The translations under genes were made by a program, and so were the position numbers. DNA of 64,000 nt, from assembly GCA_035221665.1 (NCBI GenBank), contig CM069132.1:35650001-35714000 (forward strand), written 5' to 3'. This DNA is from Okamejei kenojei (Eukaryota). The notes beneath the pieces were generated by a model. The model ran no database searches. It worked only from the letters and a program-made list of their open reading frames with translations, and was not told the origin of the DNA. The stretch's first letter is position 1, and each line of letters starts with the position of its first letter. Below are positions 13,601-25,600 of this stretch, piece by piece.

Positions 13601-16600
13601 GTTAATAAGGATCCTTGCACTTTCTGTTGTTCTGAGAGTTTTTAAAGAGTGAATTATTTCTTAAAAGAACCTCCCAAAAAAACTCTATAAATGTATCTTT
13701 ACTTTTGTTTGGTAAGGCAAACTTTGTTCCTTTTCCCATCTTTTATGCCGCTCTCTACTAAATTCTCATTCCAAGTGATGGATCAGTTTGACCTCCTGTC
13801 ATGCTTTCGGCCCTCTCCTCTAAAGACTATTAAGGAAGAATGAATAGAAAAATAAGTCTTAATGATGATTTTGAAATATTATTTTTAAATGAAAGCATCA
13901 GTAGTTCCCTGAACCTCAGCAGTCCATAATATATTTCTGCAAGACTGTATTATGTCAGGCCACAGTCATGCAATCAAACGCCAAAAGGTAATGATTTCAT
14001 CCAACATTTATATTGCCCGTGAATTGTTGATTCCTCAAGGATCTTGGTTATTTTTGGTTCATCAGTAATGTGCAAAAACCGTTTATTTACATATATCAAA
14101 GAAACTATATTTTCTACAACAAATGCAACACATTCCTTTCAGCAGAACATCAATAGCTGAGACAAACCTCCAGGAGTATGAAGATATTTGCAAGTGATCC
14201 TTTGATGTGTGATATTATTTGAAGGTGTTTCTCACACAGAACTGTTTGACAAACATTGATTTAGCTAATACATATTGCAGAACATTTATTGTAATAAATA
14301 CTGTGAAAAGTCAATCTAAAACTTCATACTGCTATTTTTTTAATTCCAGGGTGAAAATGGAAACGCTGGATCAAATGGTAGCCCTGGAATGGTGGTATGT
14401 GTTGCATGTTCAAAATGGAGAGATGGTTTTATTAATGCCCTGGGTAACCCATTATGACAGCTTTGTCAATAATAGTAAATAATGTAAATTTTTGCAAATC
14501 ATTGCTTGATTTGGTCACTTCCTGTCGTCTCCAATCCGCGCTTCTCGCAGTCAGCTTTCAGCCATATTTTCTGCTGCTTAGCAGGATCTATTGTCCTGGC
14601 ACCTCGATGTTGTAGTTGAGCCGTGAGGTTGAGTGGTCCATAGGTAGCGACCTGATGTCAGGCCGTGGCTCCATCCTGGATAGGATGAAGAAATTCATTT
14701 TAAAATAATGTCAACTAAAAAAGAATAAATGCCTCTTATCTGCTTGTGCTTATCTTTCTAATCATGACTCAAATGAGCTTGCATTGCGTACGCCAGACAT
14801 GGCCAGCGTAAAGCTGAGGGGCTGGATGTGAAGTGCATCCAGTGCTGCGTCCAGCAGCTGAACGAGGGTGAGATGTGCTGGCACGAGACTTTCCCCTGCT
14901 TCCCGTCTTCCACGTTTCAATATGCAGGCATGGAAAATGGAGGCAAGCTGTTCAGTGACCTAGATCTTACCAGAGTTTCTCTATGGAATTGCTGGCTGAT
15001 GATACAGGGAACAAAGTCATAATTTCACTTAACAATCTATGTGAAATAAGTGAATGCTTCTTATTTTGCAAACAGGGTCTCCGTGGTTCTACGGGTGAGA
15101 GAGGCCGCATCGGATCTCCTGGTGCAGTTGTGAGTGTCCTGTTTCTGACTCTCTCTCTATTTAGTTTATTTGTGCTCTTGGTGGAAAGCCTTATTCACCC
15201 CATGGCTGATCAGACATTTGTGCTTGGTGGACAATGTACCTATCTAACTGATTTTTCCAATTATTGATTGTACATTTGCCTTCCCATTAAATGAGACCTG
15301 TGCCAACATAGTGTAATTTTTGTAATTGTAATTTTTTTAATTAAAATTAAATTTGATTTTAACACATTAGTAATGTAAAAGAGTGATTTGCATCTTGATG
15401 GTGTGTTAAAATATTCTATTTTGTCATTTTTATGGAAGAACATATATGTGCCTTTCTTTATCATCAATTTCAAGACTGATAATCTGTCTTGTAGTATTGT
15501 GCATCTTCTGATTATATGTTTATTAAAAATGGTTTCCTGATTCATTGAAGGGTGCCCGAGGCAGTGATGGAATGGCAGGACCTTCTGGCCATCCTGTAAG
15601 TATGCCACTTGCATATAGTTATTGGGAGATCTAGCATGCCTTTCAACTCACTAAGTCCACATCAACCATCGACAAACCATTTACACTAGGCCTGCATAAT
15701 CACTTTTTTTCATTCTGTCCTCATTCCCCTCAATTCCTCCATAGATTCAACTATTCACCTGCACAATAGGGATCATTTACTCTGGCTAAGTAACTTACCA
15801 ATGTTCATGTCTTTGGCATGGCGGAGAAAACAAGAAGACCCAGAAGAACCTTATGCAGACACAGGGAGAATGTACAAACTCCATAGAGATAACCTGAGGA
15901 TCTGAATTTATACTGGGTCTCTGGCTTTGTGAGGCAACAGCTCTTCTAGCTGCACACATTTCCCCCACCATCCTATCCCCCCCTCCCTTTTTCCTGTACT
16001 GTCCCCTTCCTCATATGTTCATCCCCCTGGCTCTACATTTCACTCCTCTTCTCTGCTTATTTGACATTCTCTTCTCTTCCTTTCACCTCTCGCCTTTGTC
16101 CACTCATCTGCCAATCATACCATCCCTTATTGCCATGTTTTGTCCCACCCTCACCTCTTTTCCAGCTCCCCCCCCCCCCCCCCCCCCCACCTCACTACAA
16201 TCAGTTTGAAGAAAAGACTTGACCCGAAACATCACCTATCCATGTTCTCCACAAATCATGCCTGACCCACTGAGCTACTCCAGCACTTTATGTTTTGCTC
16301 CACATCATTTACCTGAAAGTATGATCTAAAATGATGATATCTTTTAAATGACTTCCAGTGAAATTAGTAATCATGGTAATCCTTGAAATTATTTATGACA
16401 ATAGATAATGTGGGAGTGCAGTGAAACGGATTCTGAAATACTATACCTTATACCTGATCCGAATGACTGACATTGATTGAATGTACCTATTTTCCTCATG
16501 ACAATGGTCTTTTGCAGCATTGATTGTAAATGTTGCCCAGGCAGATATTTGACACATAAGGATTATTATGGCAAATTGTATTTCTAAAATGTTCACAAGG

Positions 16601-19600
16601 TAAATATTGTTATTTTGTTACTTTACAGGGACTCGCTGGTGCAACTGGTCCTCCAGGCTTTTCAGGCAGTCCTGGTCCCAAGGTAAGTCAGCATTTTATA
16701 TTGTCAGAAATAGTGAATTATCTGGGTATGGAATATAATGCCACATAACTTTAATTGATGAGGGATGTTTTAAACTGTGATAAATAAACATTAAAGATCA
16801 TAATTATGCTTTAAATGACATATTTCAAACCATTGATTCCCATCATAAATTATCATGCATTTAAAAAATTCTTAAAGCCAAGCACCGATTTGGATTGAGT
16901 GAACATTGCTGCAGGGCAGATGATTCTCAACAAATTGCAATAATTGATTTTATTGTTTGAATGCGATTTTATACAGACCAGATATTCAATTGGTTGTTGC
17001 ATTCAATATTGTACAAATGTAAATATTGTACAATATTAAGTTGCAAATTAATTAAGTAAATGAATTCCTATCCTTTTATCTAAAGGTCACCTTCCAGATA
17101 AGCCACTGCAAGCAAGAACAATTGTTGTTTAATTTTATGATTGTCGCCTAGGAACCAATGTGACATAGAATTCAACAAATCTAAGGATGTAATAGTTAAT
17201 ACCAAAAACGTGGCCTCTATTTATTAACTGGATTTCTCGGCAGCATCCAGTGTAGATTTCTGTGCTTTTTTTATGGATAGTTGTGAGGTCACCTGACTGC
17301 TTTGGTGTCTTCAGAGCATCACTGCGTACATAAGTGTTTTATAGTTACTCAGCCACACCATGTTAATAATGAAAAAAATACATTCATTTATGTGTAAGAT
17401 AACCTCATGAAATTATTATTCATGCTCACCCTCTAAATGGTCTATGATATAACGTGGCAGGAAATAGATGTCTGCTACACCAATCTCCCAGTTTTACAAC
17501 TCTTCTAAGAAACTATGCGGAAACAAGGAGACACAATGTGGTTATTACTTGAAATATGAGATTATCCAAAATGACATTAATGGTCATGGTCATATTGATA
17601 TTATTAAGGGATTATTCCAATCATAGCTTATTTCAGAACATGAATGATCAATGTGCTTAGATTGGGTAAGCTCTCCATAACAAATTATGTGTTTCTCGAG
17701 TTTGTTGTTAGGAAAATTATGTGTTTAATTTTAAACTACTGCAGGTTCGATTTTTCCTCACTGAAACTCAACATTTGTCAAAGAAGTGCATTAATAGATA
17801 GACTGATAGACTGATATATAATTTGATAGAATTGTCCCAACAAAATAAAATAATATTTTTGATTTAATAAACTAAATAATTGTACTTGACTGACATAATT
17901 TATAATGTTATTCCATTACTTGATCAATAGGTTCTAAATGAATTGTAAGAGATTGGATTAAACATTGTTCTTATTTGGTGGTTTCATGGTTAAATGGTCT
18001 AAAAATGACCAAACCATACAGATACAAATATGAACAATATATTTATTCCAAAATGTATACATTGAGGCCAAGTTAGGTAAATTAACCATTACATCCTTAG
18101 ATTTGCTGAGTTGTAAGTTACATTGGTCCTTATGCACCAAAACCTTTTGAATTATATATCATTTTCTCAACACTAACTGAAATAATTGCACACCAATTCA
18201 TATTTTTATTAGATGAGATTCCCTCTGGTTAACTTACCAGTTGTTTTTGAATTCCAATTAAAAAAAGCAATATAATTAAATACAGCTTGAAATAATAATG
18301 TCCATTGAAAAGCAAGGTAAATAGGTAATATTCAGAAATCATGTTAGATGGAGAGGATTATAATAGTTGACATGCCAGATGCTGTATCACTTAGCTCGGA
18401 GCAAGTTAAGAAGTTTGATATACCTGTGATAACAACCCAGGCTGAACTCACAACCTGCCTTTCTTTTATTTCACTTTACAAAGGGTGAGGTTGGGCCAGT
18501 GGGTGTTCGTGGTCCAACTGGAGCTCAAGGAGCCAGAGGGGCGCCTGGTGCTGTTGGTGCCGTTGGCCCCATGGGTCTTACTGTAAGTACTTATGACAGC
18601 AATATCTTTCAAGCGTTTTAAGAAATGATCTAATTCAAATGAAAATATTCATTTCTATATTCATTCTTTTTTTTAAATCCTAGGGAAATGCAGGTTCCAA
18701 TGGTCTTACTGGATCAAAGGGTGCAATGGTTGGTACATTCAGCATGCATCTATGGTGCCTCTTCATTTAATTTCTTAGCCATCAAATACTTGACGTGTGT
18801 GTTTCTTACACAGGGTGCCCATGGTATCGCAGGTGCTCCTGGCTTCCAAGGAGCCCGTGGTATAGCCGGCCCCTCAGGTGCAGTAGGACCTGCAGGTCTT
18901 CGTGGACTCTCTGTAAGTAAAGCATGCTATCTAGCTGTCAAGCAATTGCCATAACTATTCCATCCGATGGGAGGAAATAACTATTTTTGATAACCCATTC
19001 CTTTTATCCTTATCAGGGTGACCCTGGCGTTCAAGGTATCAAGGGAGAGACCGGTTCCAAAGGCGAGCCTGTGAGTGTTTATTCTTTATGTTTCTCTGCA
19101 AGTTTGATTGTCTTGAGATTCTCTGTCATCTGTCACTCATGTCTACACGTTCCTGTTGCTAAAATTAGGGTGATGCTGGACCTGCAGGTTCCCCTGGACA
19201 ATCTGGTGAATCAGGCAAGCAAGGTTCTCGTGGTGATGTTGGTCTTCAAGGACTTCAGGGAATTCCAGGCGAAAGGGTAAAGTTAACATTACATTTTATA
19301 AACTAAATTGCAAAGCATTCAGACCTTCAGTTTTACAAATTAAATCAACATTACCTAATAATAATGTTTACAGTTATTTGGTGATATAAGTGAACTTGTA
19401 TCTTTTATTTGCAATTTTGAGCACTCAACACAATATGTGCATTGAATGTGGGCATTGTTTAATAGTTTCAGAATTCTCACCAATGTAACTGCTTTTGAAT
19501 AGTTTTGATCATTTGATCTTTATGTGGCATGTGGCAGTCCTATACACACAGACTGGGCTGCAATCCCTTTGTCTATGCAAGACCAGTCAATGTAATTTTA

Positions 19601-22600
19601 ATGATTATGTACAAAAAAACAGTAAGATTGTAATAAATTAGACAATAATATTTCTGTGTTTTTTTTATTGGCAACTTCCCAATACGTTAACATTTACAAA
19701 ATTCAATGAGATTTATTGTTGAGTACACATTCAATCTTTTATTTAATTTTATTTGTAGGGTTCCACTGGTAACCGTGGTATGCCTGGAAGTTCTGGAATT
19801 GCTGGTGCTGTGGTAAACTTTGCTCTTTTAATATTAAAAAATCAAGGAAAATGAACAGCATGTGACTGTATTTTATTGAATGATTATGTTGGTTGATTTA
19901 CAAGAGATATTCACAATTACTTTCTTTTCTATATCATCTCTAGGGTGCTCAAGGCAGACGTGGTGAAACGGGTGCTGCTGGTGCCGGAGGGCCTGCTGGT
20001 GACATGGGACGTCCTGGTGAAAGTGGTATGCCTGGTCTAAGGGTGAGCAATACTAAAGCAACAACTGCAATAATAAGCCCAGCAGAAATGAATGCAACTA
20101 AAAGTTTGCGTACTAGTATTTATTTTATTGACATACTTCTAATTTTGACTAATTGTTTAAATCTGATATGGTATTGTAGTTTATGTTAATAAACTGTTGA
20201 TAACATTTTAAAAGAAGCTTCCAACATTATGCTATAATAAAACAAAATATATATATTTCTCATTAAATCCACTATGTAATCATAATCGTACTTTATTAGC
20301 CAAGTATGTTTTGCAACATACAAGGATTTTGGTTTGCCATACAGTGATAGCAAAAAAGCAACAAGACACACAACTACATAAAAATTTGACATAAACTTCC
20401 ACCGCAGCGGCTCCTCCACATTCCCCACTGTGATGGAAGGCAATAAAGTCTTATCTTCTTTCCTCTTTTCCTCCCGCGGTTGGGGGAGTCGAACCGTCCG
20501 CAACCAGCGATCGAGCTCCCACATCGGGGCAGCCTAAGCTCCCGCATTGGGGCGGTCGAACTCCTGCGGCTTGGAGTTCCCGAAGTCGCCCGCTAACCAG
20601 GGACCGTGAGCTCCGTAATGTTGAAGTCCGCAGCTCCCAATGTTTGGAGCACCAAAGGCCGATCCCTGGCAAAGGGATCTCCCATACTGAGATGTTAAAG
20701 CCCACAGGCTCCGCGGTTTTGGAGCACTAGAAGTCCCAGCAAGTGGCCTCCAACTCCGCAATGTTAGAGTGCAGTGCCGACGGAGATACGACACGGGAAA
20801 AAGTCGCATCTCCGTTGTGAAAAGAGATAAGAAAAGTTTCCACCCACCACCCCCCACATAATACAAAACTAAAGATAAACTAAAACATACATTTTACAAC
20901 AAACTAAAAAAAACACAAAGAACGATAAAGACGGAGACAGACCGTTGGCGTGGCAGCCATCGTGCGGTGCCCACTGGTGGTAAATATATTATCTAATTTA
21001 GACATATTATGGTATTTTTGCACAATTATGTTTTTAAAAGTGAATAGCCACCAGTTTTGCTTTTATTTCATATCTTGGAACATTTATTCAATTATGTGTT
21101 ACTTGTTTCATAAAGCCTCAGGAGCAATTCATTTCTGCATATGCTGATGAGTTGTCATTTGGAATTCGCCTTTGAGAGATTTTTATAGCCTTTACAGTTA
21201 GAGAATGAATAGATCAATTTGTTGACAATCTAATGTAATCTAGCTTAATTGTATACATTATAGAATGAGATGTAAAACATTTATGCTTTCCTCACTATAG
21301 GGTCTTATGGGACAACCTGGTAGAAGTGGTATTATGGGAAATCAAGGTCTTCCAGTAAGTTTTCTCACCTTACATTAATGTGTTATTTTTCAGGGTATCG
21401 TAGGTAGTACCGGCATTATAGGTGCTCCTGGCAAATCAGGTCCTGCTGTAAGTTGGTTTTAGGTTTTATGCTCCCCTTATTGACAGCTTATTCAATCTAA
21501 TAAGTTTGAATAAAGCATGGCAAATTACATGGGAATATTACATTAGAATTATTCCCAGGCATTTAAATAATGATCAGGCATTAATTATTAGGTTTTGCTA
21601 ACTTTTAAAGTAACATTATTTTATTAAAATGCTAATTGAATAACGTAGCAGTTTAGTCTTGGTGCAGTAACTGCAAAACTCTGTGCCATTTAGTTCTACT
21701 AACAATTACTCATTTATGATGCAATAACATTGCATACATATTACTTAACAGAAAATCCCATTTAACTTAACTATTTATCTATTAATTATGTGTTCAGCAC
21801 AAAAATCGCAATTCATAATTAACAATAAATCAAAGCGTTAACTGTTTTGTCTTAGTAATTACCTAAAGATTTAAGAATCCTAATATGACAAATTGTTGGT
21901 GATCACTTAGAAACAGTTTTACAACACAGCCAAAAAGTATCTAAGACTGTCAAAACACAACAACAATTTCAGGAACAACTTTTGGTGAATAAAAGGCAAC
22001 ACTTAACAATAACTTTGTTGAGAATGTATTGCCATTTTTATATTTGAAGCATCATGTGGGCATCCTTTCGAATGTTGTTTGCAATCTAAGATACATATGT
22101 GGGGTGGCACGGCTGGTAGAGCTGCCGCTTCACAGCACCAAAGAACTAGTTTTGATTCTGACTTTGTGTGCTGTCTGCGTGGATGTGCACGTTCCCCCCA
22201 GTTTCCAGCAGGTTTCCTCCAACCTCCCAAAGATATGCTGGTTTGGAGGTTACTTAGCCTTTTTGCAAATTGCCCTGAACATGTAGGCCGTGCATACAGA
22301 AGTGGGGTAACATTGAGCTAGGGGATCAGGTGATTGATGGTCGGTGTGGACTCAGTGGGCCAAAGGGCCTGTTTCCAATCTGTATCTTTCAATCAATCAA
22401 TCAATTAATAAATCAAACAATCAAACACCAGGAAGTCTGAGTCAAAATAGCACTCGCAATTAGCCGCCTCATTTCATCCGCAGCTGTTCATTTTGATTCA
22501 TTTGCAATGTATTTCAACCTAGTCATAATTTGATTGCTTTTACTGTCACAGTTTCCTGACAGTCCAATATATAGACACGTATCTTAAAATACAAATCTTG

Positions 22601-25600
22601 CTGAAATGTATATATCAGTGGACGCAATACCCATTGAATACTTAGTGTGGATAGCTTCCTCAATTGATTTTCATATGTTGATGTCTGAATCATGTTTTAC
22701 TATAATATATAATTTGACTTTGGAAAAAAAAACTAAAGCCTACTAATGTTTTAGGGTTATGCATTTTACCTTATGCTATAATACCAACTACTATGTAATA
22801 AAAGATGAATAACAAGCATTGAGTTTTTATCTAAATATCTGCATTGATCAATAACATGCATGGAAGTAAAACAACAAACATGCATTTGTAAAAATAATCC
22901 TCAGTAACTTGTGAAGAGCATTGTTTCATTGTCTAAGATCATATATTTTAGGGTCCAAATGGTGAAGAAGGTCGTTCTGGACCCCCTGGTCCTGCTGGTC
23001 CAAGAGGTCAGGCCGGAATGATGGGCTTCCCCGGTCCCAAAGGCGCTACTGTAAGTAACATTATTATATAATAATCAGCAAATATATACCAAATGTCAAA
23101 TATATTATTGCAAGGGTTTCTGAGTGGTCTTTACTATTGATCTACTGTTAAAGCCTTTCCAAATTAAAATTCTAACCAATTTTATTCGGATCATTATAAT
23201 ACTTTCCTTACTGCCGATAAGTATGTGTGCTTTGGTTGTAACTTTGGGGGCTTTATTTAGATATAATCAAAAAGAAGTGGTGGTTTGTGCTTGGTGGTCA
23301 ACTTCATGCTGACCATCATCTGGTGTGGTTTATGGGGCCCACTCTGGCATTGTAGTTCCAATCCCACTTGTACATCAAAGCATTTTTTGGATGTTCTTCA
23401 CCTGCTCTGCGACCCTCGGTAGTCTAGGTGTTAAGCTGCAAATGTTAACTCGGAACAAAATCTTGTTAGTCATGTGAAACAATGAGTTTGTCAAATTAAT
23501 GGCTAAAAGTTTGCTTTCCAAAAATAAAATACAGTTTCTCTTCTTTCCCAGGGCACAGCTGGTAAACCTGGTGATAGAGGAGCTGTTGGTCCTGCTGGCC
23601 AAAGGGTAGGTTTAATGTCATCACTACGTTTCACAGGGTTTCAGTGATATGGTTTACTTCATGCACTGTGTTAAGCCAACACATGATACACTCAAATATC
23701 ACTATCTTTGTGCACTTGCGTTAAAGTTTATACTTTTTAAGACACATGTAGGAATAAAAGCTAATATTTTGATATCAGCAGATGAACTATAACTCTTTTT
23801 TCCAATATTTCTACAAAGCAGAAGATTAACACATTTAAAATAGCACGGGTAATGGGCTTATTGTACGAACGTTAAGTGATTGTTAATTAAAGACAATGCT
23901 CATGCTTTCCAGCCTTTAAAGTCCAATCTTCTGTAATTTCAAAAATTCCTCCAAGATTAATAATGCTGTTTAAAAATTGCGGAAAGCATATTGACTTCAA
24001 CGGAAATAAAATTGAATGATCAATGTTGCAAAGGGAGAATTTCAGTCAATGAAAACAGGATTTATAAACAGTTATTACATAGCAAAAGTCAAGAAGTAAA
24101 TGAAGTATGTATAAGTTCAACGTATATTTATTAATGTGAAATAATGTTAATATTTATGCATTGTGATTAGAATATATAATGAAGGATATTGTTTTAAACT
24201 CTAAGAAATACTTCTTGGTAATTTTAAGTTCATTTTCTATATTTTTTAGCTAATAGCTAATAGTATGTAGTGAACATAAACATCGTTGATTTTCCCAAAG
24301 GAGTTAAGAATGCCTTGAAGTGATGGGGTAGATTTTCAGTTTGAGACGTTGAGCTGGATGGTTAGGTTGCAGTACCAGCTTACATCACAGTCACTAAGGC
24401 CCCATTATTTTCAGGTTCACACCCTTGCTGAAAGCTACACGAGTGAAATGTTCACAGGATGGCATTTTCAGATTGTAGTAAATCATTTGTTTGCATACAC
24501 AGTGACCAGCTAGAAGGATCAGACCCCTCATCCACTCCTAACCTCATAAACAGTTCAGAACTAAAAGAGTATTTATCATGGTCTCTTAGTGCAGATAGAT
24601 TAGGCCCTTAAATCTCTGGCATAGAATTACTCAAAAGTCAATTGCTATTCAATGCTATTTCAGACAATCCTTCAAGGCTCCCTGGTTTTTTGGGTGAAGC
24701 AATAGTCAATGGTTGAAAATTACCTCAACTATAGGACAATGGGCAATCGTAGACATGATACATATCTATCTGAAGAACAATCCCATTCCAAAACGTTATC
24801 TATCCATGTTCTCCAATGATGCAACCTGACCTGTTGAGTTACTCCAGCACTTTGTGGCTTTTTTGTAAACCAGCATCTGCAGTTCCTTGTTTCTACATCG
24901 ATATGATATGGTGATCTTATGAAATAATGTTGCTAAACCTCTTAAACAAAAAGGAAAGAATGAAGAAGATCAGAAATACATTTACAAAATTGTCTTTATC
25001 TCCACCTTCAGAGAAGGATATTGATCAATTATATCTCAAGTAAAATTAGTTATGGTGTATAGAAACATAAGCATCTCCTAAAACGACGGTGATGAAATTA
25101 ATTTTACCCATTCATTCTGACGTTTAAATTACAGTATTAAAAATACAGACTTGACAATCTCTAAGGAGTGATAATAAGGAAGGTTCATTAATATAATGAT
25201 AACATTTTCCTCTGGTCACTTTGTATTTCAGGGTGCGCCTGGCAAAGATGGTGAGAGTGGAGGTCAAGGTGCTGTTGGTGCCGTGGTAAGTAAATCATTA
25301 CAAAAGCAGAAAACTCCAGAGCAGATCTTAGATACAACTATAAGCCTTAACAACATGTTGCATGAAAGTTATCACCCATGTTAAACATTATTAAGTACAT
25401 TCAGTTTCCTTCACTTAATCAAAAACTGCAAAACATTTAAAATAATCTGGTTTAAAGTCAAGAAGTAAATGATGTATGTATGAGTTCAACGTATATTTAT
25501 TAAAGTGAAATAATGTTAATATTTATGCATTGTGATTAGAATATATAATGAAAGATATTGTTTTTAACTCTAAGAAATATTTCTTGGTAATTTTAAGTTC

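Noticed and set aside
21301-21447. Reading 24a, spacer and 24b as one 147-bp exon
   Set aside because: There is an in-frame TAA at 21376-21378, and the spacer is not Gly-X-Y.
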